A stretch of 64,000 nucleotides of DNA from Neoechinorhynchus agilis (GCA_051530055.1 CM121341.1:10580784-10644783); one strand, 5' to 3'; counted from the stretch's first letter, positions 1 through 14,089 are shown. Notes: generated by a model from the letters alone, not told the origin. Translations and numbers: made by a program.

Positions 1-2239
1 GCCATCACCTTCGTTACCACTATCTGGGTTAAGACAGCAAATGTAAATGGGAGCTATAGATGATCCGTTCGATGCTGACATCTAAAAACTTCAGACTTTG
101 TAATTCCGAAACGTTGACAATGTAAAATGCATATAAAAAGACTAAATTTTGAGAATTATCGTTTAGAAATCGATAGGAAATGTTCAGCATGATCAACCAA
201 TTTAGATTTTTCAAAGGAATAAAAAATAGTCCCAATCATCGTCGTTGGTTGCCTCGGATTCTAGGATCCGTCAATGTTTTCGTCTGTGTTCTTGTATGGG
301 AGAGCAATCCAATAACGATGTTTGGCATTGGGGATTATTCATGATGTTTACTGGATGGTCTCCTGTCTTTATTACCTATATTTCCCCTTGTCGTCTCTCT
401 TCTCGGTAAATTCGGTAGGTGAATCTTTTGGTCATTCGATTTTCAGTGAGATTTATCCAGGTTTTGGGTAGCGTCGCCTACTGGGGGACGTCTTTGCTGT
501 GTGTTGATTTATTATATTGCTTCGATTCATAAAACAAAAGGAAAAGATGACGCTTGGCCAATGGGCATGTTACTGAGACCTGGTCGCGTAATTACGGATC
601 CGGTTGCTAACTAGAAGCTGAGACGATTGTAATGATTGACGGTTGCAGCGGTAACCCAGGTCCCAGTCTCTCAGGGTTCGAAGTTTCTTAGGCTCCGCTT
701 CACAAATTTAGGTATTTCAGCTACGAGGAAGCAGTTGGAATTCTGACACCCATTGTAAATTACACCAGAATGAATTTATCAAAAAAATACTGAAGAAATT
801 AAAAATTAAAATTGAGTGTCTATTTAAAGTGCAGTGAAAAGCTCAACTTTCGTCTAATAGTGACTTTAGATATCAATGACATTCTTGGAATCGCTTTTGT
901 TGTTGGTTAGGCTTTTCGTTTCGTAAAATATCCAAGAAACTTTGTGAAATTCACGAATTTCGTATGATAGAAAACGCAAAGGATATGAATCTGAGCGATT
1001 AAAGAGTAACAAACACAATTAATTGTGACCTTTGACTTGTGGTGAAGATAATCCCGGTTAAAAATCAATTTTTCAACTTTCCCCGAATACAATCCAAGAA
1101 AGTAACAAACACGTTAGAATTTTAATATTCATGCACGGACGATTCACATTTCCCACTCATTCGAAGCTTTATACCTCCAAAACTCAAGTGAATCTACATA
1201 AAAACGAACAGAAAGTTTAAAGATAGGAGATTAATTGAACTAAATCGTTTATTTGAGGAATTTCTTAAAAAACAGCGCCATCTGTCTCGTTTTTAAATCA
1301 TCCAAATGCCATTCGACGCAATAAAGCTCAAAAACCAGCTCTTTTTCCCGTACTGCAGTGAAATGTAACCTTCAAAAGTGCTGACAGCGAATGATGACTG
1401 TACGAAAGAACCAAGTTTTAATGAGAAAACAATTAACGTCAATGGTTCTGCAACGAGAGACTGAAAACCAAGAAAAATGCGTTCCGCTATCTTAAAACAA
1501 CACTTTTGCGTAGGTGGGGGCGCACAGGTATTCGACGCGAGTTACAGTAATCATTAAAAAAACAAAATTATTCATTTTAGGGTTTTCTCACCATTTTTGT
1601 GTTGGCTCGAATCATGATTAAGATATTAAACCTCGCCTCAGAGGTCCCCTCTTTCGAAATATTTCATATTAATAATGGAATCTTGAACAAGGGTTATGTT
1701 CACCACCATTCAGTATTTACCATCCCGAAGGATCTTCTTGATATGATTAACTTGATGAAATTTCTTGAATTCTGTTAAATACAAAATGCTTTAATTCGCA
1801 AGACCTATCGCTGATTTTAATAACCAAATCGTCCAGGTTTCGGTGTTTTAACTATGCTTAAATTGTTTTGGCACAAATGTTTGAGAAATCTCACTTTTTA
1901 TCGAAAATGTAAGAAAATGTACAACACCTATATTTGAACATAAAATGAATTTCTTGAAACCCTTGAGCTTTTTAGAACGCCTGGGATAAATTCTAGAAAA
2001 TCCAATAAAAAAACAATGTTTTGGGTTATTATCTTCGGGGGATATGCGACTTTCTTTTAGTAATTTAACCACCCTTGTAATTTAAATTCAATAATTTATT
2101 TCCGATATTTCGTCATCCGACCATCCGACGTGAAATACAGGAAATAAAACTACCACAAGAAATGCTTTTTAGTTTAATAAACACACGAGCGTAGCGTCTT
2201 CATGTGTGAGATGATAGATTAAGGTATAGAAAAGAACAG

Positions 2240-2670
2240 TAATTAATCTGTCGGTATGTGAGCGGGAACCGGGCTATATGATTAGAATTATTGTTTAGAA
2301 GTCTTCACACCCGGTAAATAGTTTTTTATTAGGTTCGTAACGTTTTGAATGAAAAATTGTTTACTGGGTGAAGACTTCTAAACAATAATTCAGGATTCCA
2401 CTTTTCAGGTTTCATAAATACATACAACCAATAGTCGATAAAGTATTACTCTAAAGTTTTAGTGCCACAGAACAAATATTCTTCATTCAAAAACCGGAGC
2501 TCCATGAGATATTCGAAGTGAAATTTGTCGGTATGTGAAGAGGAACCGGGCTATATGATTAGAATTGTTGTTTAGAAGTCTTTACACCCGGTAAATAGTT
2601 TTTTATAAGGTTCGAAATGTTTTGAATAAAAAAGTGTTTACTGGGTGAAGACTTCTAAACAATAATTCTA
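2240..2670. repeat. Two tandem copies of a palindromic MITE-like repeat (core GAAGTCTTCACACCCGGTAAA...TTTACTGGGTGAAGACTTC)
   Basis: Near-identical ~150-bp blocks at ~2250-2390 and ~2527-2668, each with an internal inverted repeat; related arms recur near 28670, 28860, 43210 and 43740. Confidence 0.75.
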
Positions 2671-3269
2671 GTTATTAACCCAATTGTCGTGGGCAGTCCA
2701 TCAAATTTTAAAGTACAGAATTCGAGAAATGCTCTCAAAATGGATATATCGATGAGAATCCATGGGTCAACGAGTGTTTCGTGAATCATTTGCTTAACTT
2801 CCTGATCTACCCGCGTGCAACTTACTTGGTTTCATCTACCTTTTCAGCTTAAGAACTTCGCCACCGAATAATTCGGAATAGGGCTTATCGCTTTTTTTCT
2901 ACGTGTATAGTCTAATTTTTTATACTGTTAGTACGGTGAGTTGTTTTGAATAATTAAAGGAAGATGCTCTTCAAGAAAGCGTCATTAAAAATCTTTGGTT
3001 ACAAAAATCCTGGCGTGCCTTTTGACTTTACAATGTTTGAGAAATGGGGTATATTTAACTAAAGTAATTAGGGAGAATCTTAGTCAAGGGGACAAAATTG
3101 ACTTCCAAAAGTTGAAATAATGTGGAATGAGGTTTCATCATTCGTTCAAGAAACGAAATGATTGGATTTATTATTTCTATTAAACTTATGTGGCTAATAA
3201 ATACTTTTTAATCGTATTGATTTATATAATATCATCATAGTGAAAAGATGATTCATAGTTTGTTGGTTG

Positions 3270-5070
3270 TTTTGGAGAACTACAATTGATTCTGCACTCC
3301 TTGTGGATTTGAAGCGGTCGTGCATGCTTTGCGAAAATTTATCCCCCAAAGAACAAAGCCAACAGCAGTTCTAAAAATAGATTTAAAAAATGCTTTCAAT
3401 ACCTTAAAAAGGGAAATAATGTTAAAAGCAATTGAGGATGTCGTCCCAGAGGCTTAACCCTATTTTTGGAGAGCATATGCTAAACATACGCCACTGCTGT
3501 ACAACGACAAAATAATTTGGTCGCAGAGCGGTATACAATAGGGAGATCCACTCGGCCCCATAGGCTTCTCCGTCGTAGTAAATGATCTTGCCCATTCAAT
3601 GTTTTCTCCTTTCAACGCTTGGTACTTGGACGATGCCACATTCGCTGGCGATCCAAATGTTGTTTTGAGCGACCGTCAAAGGATCGTGAATGAAGCTGAC
3701 CGCTTGAGAATAGAAATAAATCCCCAAAAATGCGAACTTCTCATCCTGAACGCAACTGAAAACGAGCGCTCTCAAATCTCTAGCGATTTTGAAGCAGTTG
3801 CTCCTGGTCTAGGTTTGATCACCCTTGACCAGCTCACACCCCTCGGGAGCTGCGTTCTTGCTGAGAATGTTGCGAAGGACCTGCGCGTACAAATCCCGAA
3901 AATGGAGTTGCTCTGCGGCCGAACTTCTGAGCTTTCGGCACATGAGGTCTCTTCTAGATCAAGAATTGCCTCTATATGCCGAAATTGCTTCATAAGCTAA
4001 GAGCAGCTCCATGTTTCGGAGAAGACAAATTGTTAGGAGAGCTCGACGGGGTAATTCGTAAGCAGCTGGGACATATATTGAATGTCAAATTTTCTGACAC
4101 AGGTTGACGACAGGCTAATTTTCCTACGGCTTATGGTGGTTTTGGAGTTCGCACCACTTCAGACGTCGCTTTAACTGCCTTCCTCTCCTCTTACTGGGCA
4201 AGTAAAGTCTATGTCGATGCCATTTTAGGCACATCAGTGAAGGATTTGATCTTTGCCACGGGATTATCTCAATGGCATCAATTGACAGGCATCAACCAGC
4301 TCCCCGCAAATGAGTGCAAACAGTCTTCTTGAGACATTCCTCTTGTTCAGAAGATTCACAACTCTTTCAAAGATCTTCTGGATGAGGTGTCTCAGGTCCG
4401 GCTGGTAGCCTGTTCCACGAAGGAGTCGGGAGCGTGGCTGAATGCTCTCCCTGTAGGTAAACTTGGAAATCTCCTTGCTGACTCAGTCGTCAGGATCGCA
4501 GTATCCTTGAGATTAGGTCCACCGATTTGCATCCCGCATCGCTGCCGCTGTGGCACTATAGTGGACTCTTCGGGGAGACACGGTCTCATATGCAAGACGT
4601 CATCGGGACGATTTCCAAGGCATGCTGAAATCAATGCCATTCTGAGTAGGACTCTAAAAACGCTTTCCCTTCCAAACATTCTAGAACCCACTAATCTTTG
4701 TAGATTAGATGGAAGACGCCCTGATGGCGTGACCGTATTTCCTTGGCGGGAGGTGGACACGTTGGCAAACTCCAACATCAGCCACTCGAAAAAAGGTCCA
4801 GGAAGAGCGGCGACGGCTGCAGAGGATCGGAAATGCTCAAAATACAGGGAGCTAATCCGAAATTACCATTTTGTCCCCTTCGGCGTGGAAACGTATGGGG
4901 CCTTGGGAGGGTCGGCACTAGCCCTCCTGAAGGACTTGGGGAAACGAATTTACGCAGCAACTGGAGAGCCAAGATCGAAGTCGTTCTTGGCGCAAAAAAT
5001 AAGCATTGCGGTGCAGCGGGGCAATGCGGCTAGCATTTTGGCCAGCGCCGATGAATGGGAGCGTTGATGA
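3270..5070 (+). mobile_element. Decayed CRE-clade non-LTR retrotransposon (RT plus restriction-like endonuclease), 5' truncated
   Basis: Translates with stops to LKIDLKNAFN...GDPLGP...WYLDD (RT), then C-x-C..H..C zinc finger, RPDG, PFGVETYG and ISIAVQRGNAAS, typical of RLE/CRE elements. Confidence 0.9.
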
Positions 5071-5129
5071 AACTATAAATTATGTATTCTTGCTTAATTT
5101 TTTTTATTAAATTCAATATTTCGATCCCC

Positions 5130-5660
5130 TATCTTGGATCTTCTTCAGAATTGTTTGCAAGTACGTCGTAAACACTTGCAAGCAATTCTGAAGACGCTGA
5201 CACCGTTTTTCCAATGAAATTTTAAGAGCAATGATTTCGTTTACCACATTGCAAATATCTTCAGCTATAAGAATTTGTTGACACATTTTTCATCTCTTAT
5301 GAACCGAACAAAACTACCAGTTCGGCTTTGCCGCTAACTTTTGTGGGTTCCTCAACTTGAAAAGACCACATCATAGACACTTCACCGTGAAAGTGTTCGC
5401 AGATTTGATCTTGTAAATCAAATGATAAGTCTTCAATTCTGAGCGGGATATTATCCTTTTACAAAGGAACCATCTAAACCTGGATATGTTGTTTCCAAGT
5501 GTCTCTTCAATGTGTTTGGAACAAGCGCCTCGTTCGACAAAGCTGAATTTCAAATAAGACAGAATGACAATGGAGCATCTTCGGGTCCCGAAGATATGAA
5601 AATATATCGAATATAATTTTCGTTGTACCTTCGTTTGGTTCCTTGCTCTTCATTTAGCGC
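5130..5660 (-). mobile_element. hAT (Buster/Charlie, ZBED5/ZBED8-like) transposase relic with internal deletions
   Basis: Minus strand reads FCLI*NSALSNEALVPNTLKRHLETTYP and later FQVEEPTKVSGKAELVVLF, matching the LSNE..P.KLKRHL and FSLQLDESTD...AQLL motifs. Confidence 0.7.
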
Positions 5661-6399
5661 TTTTGCAATTTTATTCCTTCGAACGTATTTCTCCATGGAT
5701 AAAAATGAATAGCGCTTATTGATATAAATTTCACATAGTTGTAAAAGACGTTAGTGGCGCACAGTTTGATAAACACTGATTCAGAGGAAGATAATCTCCT
5801 CTTGCTTCTAACTTTCGATTTACTTAAAGCCTTAAATAAAATCGAAGTAGTTTTCATCATTAATATCTTATGTTATTTCAATTTCCCCTTTAATATAATT
5901 GCAAGGGTTAATAATATTTTTTTCCGAATTTTTCCTTTATCAAGATGATCCTTTAAGTAATCGCTTTTATCCGACCGGAGGTGCCCCTGAGATTAACCTC
6001 AGTTCATTGTGCAGAATTGTTCTATGTGTCAAGAAATCATTATCAATGCGGGTGATATCACTGCCCTTATTAAAGAATTAAATTATGTATCTGCCGGTCT
6101 GGATCCAATCTAAACAAATTTATCGTTAATTCTAGATCAGTCTTTGGCAAAAGGAATATTCGTAAATTTCTCGCTCAACTTTTTAAAATAGATAACCGTA
6201 ATATTATTAAAAAGATCAATATTTTAGGTTATACTCTCACTAAGAATCTTACTGTACACGATGATCTAAATATAAATCAAAGAAGCTGCTTTATACAGCT
6301 CGTCAAAAAACTAAAAGAACTTCGGTCTTAGTAGCAGTCATTTAAAGACCATTTGGAATTCCAGGGCTATATCCAAACTCCTTTTTACTCTAGAGCCAG

Positions 6400-6900
6400 A
6401 CCGCCCGAAAAGCGCATAATTTTCCTCGAAACATTTCTCTGTGCTTTCCATTCCCTCCCTTATCTTTGGGCTTCATCCCTATTGGAAAAAGGGGATCGAT
6501 TGGTAAATGGCAGACATTTTGTAATGTGGTGAATGTTTGTCAGGTATTCAAAGAAGCGCACATCTGAGTATCATCGGCCTAGAAAATTCTTATGGAGGAC
6601 GGTAAGAGAACGAGTTTTGAGCCGACATCTCTCGCCTGTACTTTAGGAAAAATAGAACTTTTTTCTAAAAATATATGGCGTGGTTAGCTCCAAGTCAAAG
6701 TTCTGCTTTATCTTACCATCCCTCAACTACGGTTATCCCGTATTTTGCACCCTTTCCAAATCGCCAATCCGCCGTCTTGAAATTCATTATAAAAGAGCAT
6801 CTAAAAATTGCACAACTTATTTTTCCCCCTTTCACCGAATGCCTTGATGCTATTTTCATAAAACAATCAAAACAAACGTGTTATTTTTATTATTATACGA
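6400..6900 (+). mobile_element. L2/CR1-type retroelement fragments
   Basis: PTSLACTLGKIE resembles RT domain RPISL..L.K; 6690-6890 is closely similar to 33570-33770 of the larger element. Confidence 0.65.
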
Positions 6901-8069
6901 TCACATAAATCTCCGTCAGAGTGCTTACTTTGTTTCGGAATATCTCGTTCTAACAAATTACCTTAACGACTTTAGAAAAAGATAAATTTCTACACCCATA
7001 ATGGCCAATAGTAAAACTAAGACGCAATACTTGACATGGGAGGATAAAACAAAAAATAGATCAAATCGTTTTTGAGTAAATAGCCGGTTTCGTTAACTTC
7101 ACGAGCGACGAAACTTGGTAAGAAGGTAAGAAAACCGTCCAGTCTTAATCTGATAAAAAACCGGACAAATAAATGCTGTTATAAAAATTGACAAATCAAT
7201 AACCAATATTAGAAATTTGGGCTCTTGCATTTCAAGAGGGGTTGTAGGAAGACGGAAACTAGACCGACTCTAACTTCTGTGAGTAGCTTCTTGAATTTAG
7301 CTCGGATCACTGCCAAAAAGAAACAGCATAAATCATTTGCCCAATGACGCCTTAATGAGCAGGTCACTATATACCATTTTAGACAAGAAATAGATAAAAT
7401 CCTACGCCCTAGTCCATTTGATAAATGCGATTTCTCCATGGTCAACTATAAGATGGACAGTGTACAAGTTTTAAAACTGCAAAACTCTACCTGAGATGTC
7501 GGTCGTTGCGGACACTCCCTGTATGCCCTTTAGCTCAATAATTGCTCTGCTAGTGCACAATCGGCTTCAAATCGGCTAAACATCAAAAAATTTAATAGAA
7601 CTAAAATCAATTTGACAACGCCAATCTCCTTATCAGCGCCTTGTCGCCTCGAGACATCGACGAACTCTACTTTCCAGATACCTTGAGTAATCATTTAATT
7701 GCCTGAGGAACGAAGTCTTTGGTTTGGCACGAGGTCGTAGATTCTTTAAAGCACTTAAAGAATCGTCTAAAGAAACTCCCGTGTTCGATGCGATAAAATG
7801 GCAAGAATCGACCACTCAAGATCGCAAAAGGCAAAGAATGTGGGTGACCTCAAATGATACTAAATGCAATCGCATTCTATGCATTTGATAACCGCATATT
7901 GTACTTAGTCGGATACTGGGGGACAGTAAGCAACCCCTCTTACTATGCAACAATCACACTGCGAACCTGCAATGTATTGTTGAGAATTTTTATAATCACC
8001 AAAAATACATCCATGAACAACAGCTGCGTACAGCACCTTTTTAAGACAAGGATAGGCTGGCAAAATTAG

Positions 8070-8915
8070 ACGAGACGGTGAAAGCCTCTCGAGAAAATTT
8101 AAAATACTCAGCTGTCAGGCGAAGCCTGGTGTCAAGCGTCTTTGCCTGTGTCGTCCGGCGGTTTGGGTATCCGGAAAGCAGCCGATATTTCAATGCCACC
8201 TTATTTGGGATCGTGTGAAGCAAACCGCAAAGTTGTTCAATCCTTTCTTGGCGAGAATTACACTTTGGATGGAGATATCGTGGAGCCTCTTAATCTTTGG
8301 TTTGAACATTCAGGCAGCGAGCAGGTACCGTAAATGGTTGCAAACAATCAGTTTGGGACTCACCCCTGCTAGCGGTGAACCGAATTCGATTGACGGCGCT
8401 CTACAAGAGAATTGGGCGCTTGGATCAAAGCTATCCTAATCGCTTCTGTGGGTACCTTTCTCCCCGAAGAGACATTAATGATTGCAGTGTCCATGAGACT
8501 TGGGTACCGATGTGCACATCGCTGCCGTATCGGAGCGACCGTGGAACCATCGGGACGTCATGGTCTCGTCTGTCGGCAATTAGGCGGAAGGTACTCACGA
8601 CACGCCGAAGTGAACACAATTCTTAGTGGTGCCCTGGAGTCGAGCAATCTTTGCCGACTCTATGGCCGTAGACCGGACGGTGTCGCAGTATTCCCGTGGC
8701 GAGAAGGAAAATGCCTTCTCTAGGACGCCATTCGCAGCTAGCAACATAAAGTTCTACGCCGTTATACCAGGGGGAACAGCAACCGTCGCTGATGAACGCA
8801 AAAGGACAAAATACAGGGACCTGAGTCGAAATCATTATTTTGTTCCCTTTGGCGTCGAGACGCTCGGGTCGTTTGGTACCGCGGCACAGGATCTATTCAA
8901 GCAAGCTCGGCTCTA
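8070..8915 (+). mobile_element. CRE-type retroelement fragment
   Basis: MPVSSGGLGIR, CAHRCRIG, RHAEVNTIL, GRRPDGVAVFPWREGK and YFVPFGVETLG motifs in broken frames. Confidence 0.85.
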
Positions 8916-8919
8916 GGGT

Positions 8920-9500
8920 GTTGGACGCATTCAAAGTATTCAGGGAACAACTAAGAATTGCGTTCACTTCGACCTGTCGCGAGTACCTTACACCTGATTG
9001 CCCGCTCCGCAACGGCAGCGATAGTATGTGAAGAGCAGTACCTCAAGTCTCAGCGACACTGTGATCTTTTCTGTCTCGTCGTAGAGCTGGGTACCCAAAG
9101 AAGCGATTTAAAAGAGCATTGCGCCGAGCTACCGATTCACTAGTCGAGACAGCCTCCAATCGAGTTCGGCTCATCCGGTCACGAGAATCTAAAATTAAAA
9201 AGTTATGAATTCTCGCTACCAGGAGTGTGTCCTAAACTGATTGCTTGCGGCTACCAGATATTAACACCAAAGATCAACAGCCTTCACGAAATCTTCATTC
9301 AACCTGTAAACCTCGTAAAGAAATCACTGAACTATTTGATGGCTTACTTCATATGATCCTAAATAAGCCGGCATGGAAATATCTACTGCTTTTCGGCCAC
9401 CAAAACCGCCGGATTACACAGGTAGGGATGCTTGACTATAGACCTCGTTCGACAGTTAAGTATTTTAAATTTTCTCGAGACAAGCTTTCATCGTTTTAAA
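8920..9500 (-). mobile_element. Inverted, more decayed copy of the same CRE region
   Basis: Reverse complement of 9450-9495 matches 8075-8115; reverse complement of 8940-8985 matches 8600-8645 (GAAGTGAAC.CAATTCTTAGT). Confidence 0.75.
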
Positions 9501-10211
9501 TAAAATTTACATTTTGGGTTATACGTTTACTATTAACCTAATCATTAAGGGCGATCTTAAGAAACAAAAGATTCCTTAAAATGACTTCCTAACGCCACGA
9601 AATTAGTCTGGCTTCGTTTTCTACTCTAGAGGCCACAACGCCGGTCGTTCCTTCGCTTCTTATTTACTGTTATATCGAATTTCCTTTATAACTGAGACAA
9701 ATCGCTTGCATGAACCAAGAGGAAAGTTTCGAAGTAAATCGAAATGTTACACATTGAAACTCTAAGCCTCTAAAATGTCGCGTTTTTGTTCGTTCAAAAA
9801 GAGAGAGGTGCAAATAACAGATTTCGTTGTATTTGAATTCCCTGATCCTTCGGATAAGGGAGGAGGATCGGAATTAATGGATCCCGCGGGGAAGAGATCA
9901 AACTAACGTTTCGTCGTTCATATTAGATTTTTGTGCACTTTAAAAGTTAAAATTAGATGGGAAACTCACAACGCATTACGTCAATAATAATTTTGAAGGA
10001 GATAATTAATTTACTTGTTAATTATTTGTTTTGCATGACATCTCCTAAGAAACAACAAAAAATGCCAACCGCGTACGCATCGATGACAAAATATTCGATT
10101 ATTGGCGGATCAATTAAATCAATAACAGAATGGCATTCTTTCTTCATTTTAGCACTAATGTAACATAAATTCGAGAGTTTTCCGTACACTTTTTCTCATT
10201 CCTTTTAAAAA

Positions 10212-10907
10212 ATGTTCGCTCCAACTCAACTCGAAGCGATAAGTGATCGTAGTACATCGGATTGGTCTCCTTATGAATTCCACAGTGGAACGATTGTGGG
10301 CGTTGCGGGCGATGACTACGTCCTGGTAGCGTCGGACACTCGTCTAACGGACGACCGAGATGTTCTCTTGTCCCGCCAGTTTCCTCACATTCAAACATTT
10401 GCTAAGAATTTATGTCTTCTAACAACGGGGTTTATGGGCGATACTACAGCTTTGGTCAAAATCCTTCAAATGGAACTCATGGACTATCAGCTGATGCATC
10501 GACGTGTTATGCCCGTAGAAGCGATGGCTTCGTTGCTTTCTTCAACTCTTTACCGTCGTCGGTTTTTCCCACTTTACACCTATAACCTTGTTGCTGGAAT
10601 CGACCGGGACGGACATGGTGCTTTGTTCGGATTCGATCCAGTTGGTTCTTATGAACGACTCCCGTTCGCATGCGGTGGACCGGGATCTTCTCTTATTACA
10701 CCTTTACTAGATAGTCAAATCGGAATGAAGAACCGAATACCGGAAGGAGTTGTGAGTATTGGACAAGAAGAAGTATTGAAAACCGTAGTCGATATGTTCA
10801 CTTCTGCTGCCGAACGACAAGTTAACGTTGGAGATGGTCTACTGGTATCCGTTTTAAGTGCGGATGGAAAGACGAAAACTGGTGTTTATCCTCTTAGAAA
10901 AGATTAA
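10212..10907 (+). CDS. PSMB1: 20S proteasome subunit beta type-1 (beta6), intronless, 231 aa
   Basis: SPYEFHSGTIVGVAGDDYVLVASDTR, LSSTLYRRRFFPLYTYNLVAGID, FDPVGSYER and FTSAAERQVNVGDGL match the family. Confidence 0.95.
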   Translation: MFAPTQLEAISDRSTSDWSPYEFHSGTIVGVAGDDYVLVASDTRLTDDRDVLLSRQFPHIQTFAKNLCLLTTGFMGDTTALVKILQMELMDYQLMHRRVMPVEAMASLLSSTLYRRRFFPLYTYNLVAGIDRDGHGALFGFDPVGSYERLPFACGGPGSSLITPLLDSQIGMKNRIPEGVVSIGQEEVLKTVVDMFTSAAERQVNVGDGLLVSVLSADGKTKTGVYPLRKD

Positions 10908-10934
10908 AATTTCTTGTGATCTTCGACGGGGGAA

Positions 10935-11130
10935 AATATACTTTATTTTTTGTAGTTTTGCCACCCCACCCGAATTTAAATTCACTAATTTTGTTGTCTG
11001 AAAGCGTCTATTACTAACTAACAATGACAAACCTTGAGGAAATGTCGGAATTATCGGAGAGGTGAAATATCGGGGAAATAAATGAGTGAATTTTTGAATC
11101 CGGTGAGGTGGCAAAAGTACCATAAGAAAA
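10935..11130. repeat. Palindromic MITE-like element, family A
   Basis: Inverted ends TTTTGCCACC...GGTGGCAAAA; relatives at ~29500-29660, ~41700-42070, ~45154-45361 and ~12150-12250. Confidence 0.75.
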
Positions 11131-11239
11131 TATAGTATTTTGTTATTTAGATTCACACCCGAGAAATATCATTAAAGACGAACGTATATGTTTCGACATT
11201 CTATCAATTCAATTTGTAGTAGCTCGTAAGTTAAAATTA

Positions 11240-11530
11240 TTGGGGATTACCGTATTTCCGTGGCGGAAGGGTAAATGCCACCTCTGGGACGGCATTTGTG
11301 TCGATACACTCAAGGCCAGCAATCTCAAGTTCTCCGTGGTTCAAGCTGGAGGTGCAGCGAGCGCGGCGGAAGGACGGAAAATGGCGAAATACCTCGATTT
11401 AGCCCGGGAACATGTGTTTGTACCTTTTGGGGTTGAGACCTACGGATTTCTTGGTAGCGAGGCTCTTTAACTTCTGAAGGATCTGAAGCGACGCCTTCAG
11501 GTTACAACCGGTGATGCAAGGTCAGGTACG
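11240..11530 (+). mobile_element. CRE-type retroelement 3' fragment
   Basis: VFPWRKGK..LWDGICVDTL...AEGRKMAKY...FVPFGVETYG. Confidence 0.85.
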
Positions 11531-12880
11531 GCGAATAATTATGTTATATCTTTAAAATAGAACCTATGATTGTAAAAAAAATTCGTGACTTTGTATTTAT
11601 TGTAAAGTTTGTTTTGATGGGGGCGAGATGAATAAAATTACTCGGAAGAGGCCCAAATGAACTGAATTCGGACCGCAAGCCAGGTATTATGTTGAAGGCG
11701 TTCTTTTCTTACATGCAATAGCATCGATCATCTTCGCTTTTGCCTTAGATCGATTGTTAGTTTGTTTTTTCCCGTTTAAGTATCATTTAAAGTTTGCGAT
11801 ACCATTAAGTTGTGCCCTTACAGGAAGGAGTACGGCTTTAAAACTACTCAGGAAAGGTCGCAAATAACTAATTGTGTAATTGCATAGGGAGCGAAAAATG
11901 AATTAAAAATCGCGACGCAATGCTTGGTACGAAAACATATCGTTCCGACCCCTTTAACAAATTTTGGCTCGGCTTTAAAAGAAAACAAAGCTGTTTGGAA
12001 TATCAATGGTTGAGAATTGAAGATATATTTGTTTGGTTCATATTTTATATCGAATATTTGACCTTTTTCAGCGGTAATGCTTTTTCGGATTTCTTAGTAT
12101 TTGCTTCTACGAAAAAATGCTTTTATTTGGCAACGTTTAAGCCGCCTTAAATAATGACAAATCGTTATAATGTTGGAATTTTCCGACGATATATCGGTAA
12201 TAAATTGGTAAATTTAAATCCGGAGTGTTATAACTACCAAGCGTAACTAAAAAGTACTATTAGATAATTTAAAATGTTCCATAGAAAAAAGTATTATTGT
12301 TATTTAGAGATATATTTTGACTGATTGAATCAGAGCCATTATATCAATTCAGTCTACAAATTTCATAGGAATTTGTCACAAACACATGACATGATTGTTC
12401 GTATTGATTAGGGAACCCGAGACTGATTGTATCAGTTGAAATATATTCGACTTTAATGATCCTCTGGGATGTCGACAAGCGACCTCAATAACAATATATC
12501 TAAGCATTCGAATGCAATCCTCAATAAAAGAAAAAAAGTTCCAACTGATTTGATTTTAACGGGATTACATTCATTATAGGTAAAATTTAAATCATTTAAT
12601 CCCACTTTAAAATGGCTGAAAGTCCTATTAATGACGGAAAAGGATTAATGTATTCACTTCACAGTTGAAATGAACAGCTATAAAGCAACTTTTATGTTGG
12701 CTTGGTTCTAACTGTGTATTTTATAGAATATTGTATAAAATACTGTCGATCTAATAAAGCTCCGTGGATTGGTTCTCCGATGACAGTTCCGCAAATCTTC
12801 AACACAATTGTTCATTTTCTCCCTGCGCTCCTCAAAAGCAGAATTAGATATATTAAACCTCTTTTTCCCGCGCTGGGAGC

Positions 12881-13672
12881 TCAATCATACCGCTCCGGTA
12901 TCCCTAATCCAACAGCTACGGCCAAAAGAATACTAAAAAACTCAATACAAATGAACGAAACCTGCAATGATATAATGGCAGGCATGTGTTTGTTAAGATG
13001 TTCATCGATTTTTGCAAGACATCCAACATTGTATTTATCGCCACTTTTGGAAGAACACGTTAACGGCACGTGTTGATAATCATGAGGTCCGTGTAAGCCA
13101 CAGCACTTTAACGCTTGCTCGATTGTACCGAAAATCATAATTCCGGTCGGCCGCTTTCTTGTGGAATTATGGTGAGTAGACGAGCCGTTCATTGGTTTCA
13201 GAACGTGTTCGTGGAACATGTTATCCATACTTGATTTTAGTTGAACACTGAATACACCTTTATAGCTCATGAGTAAAAATATGGCAATTAGTTGAAGTAT
13301 AAACAGAACAATGATGCATCCTGTGTATAGGCCCAGAAATACTTTATCCTTTTTCCAAGCACCAAAACAGCCAAGGAACGAAAGGGCAAATACAAAAACA
13401 CCAATGAATATCCATGCAGAGGCAGTCATCCTTATGCTAGCAATGGTACCACTATCAACGTCTTTAACAGCATTCATCGATAAATCAACGTATTTGTCCG
13501 AGCGGATCCAAATACAGGTACCAATAAGCATAAGGGCTAAAATTCCACTTAGCACATTGAATGTAACCAACATTATCTGAGACGCCTTGCTGCAACCTAT
13601 CAACCTTTTATTGGACGGCGAATCATTAGTAATTTTGTCTGAAGTTGTGGAAGATTGCTCGTTGTTCTCCAT
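12881..13672 (-). CDS. Tetraspanin, intronless, ~263 aa
   Basis: Four hydrophobic segments, FLGCFGAWK motif after TM2, and CCG motif plus further Cys in the large extracellular loop. Confidence 0.93.
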   Translation of the reverse strand: MENNEQSSTTSDKITNDSPSNKRLIGCSKASQIMLVTFNVLSGILALMLIGTCIWIRSDKYVDLSMNAVKDVDSGTIASIRMTASAWIFIGVFVFALSFLGCFGAWKKDKVFLGLYTGCIIVLFILQLIAIFLLMSYKGVFSVQLKSSMDNMFHEHVLKPMNGSSTHHNSTRKRPTGIMIFGTIEQALKCCGLHGPHDYQHVPLTCSSKSGDKYNVGCLAKIDEHLNKHMPAIISLQVSFICIEFFSILLAVAVGLGIPERYD

Positions 13673-14089
13673 TAAGTCAGCTTTAAATAACAGTAAGTAA
13701 ATAAGAACCAATGCCAAGAAACATGTAAGTCACTTTTCTCTGAATAGAAGTCGTAAATTTGCAATAAATTCAGCAGGCGTGAGCAGTTGGTGCCAAATAA
13801 ACGCCAAAGGCAAGTGTGCATGTCTCCTCAGAAATCTGTTAATACCCAATAAAACATTCAGCGTGATGCCGAATTCTAAAATCTGACTTAACAATCATCA
13901 TTTAATAAAAACACAGGCAAAACAAATCAACGAATAATTACATTTTTTACAATCTGATTCATAAAAATGCTAAATCAATCATTGAATTGTATTATAACGA
14001 CAATGTAAAGAAATAAAAAATCGATCCAAAAATAAACGAGTATAATGTCCTGCGATTGATATTCCAATATTACAGACTAATACGTTATG

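Noticed and set aside
190-620. Exons of a membrane protein at the window start
   Set aside because: Hydrophobic stretches occur in shifting frames and I could not build a consistent model or recognise a family.
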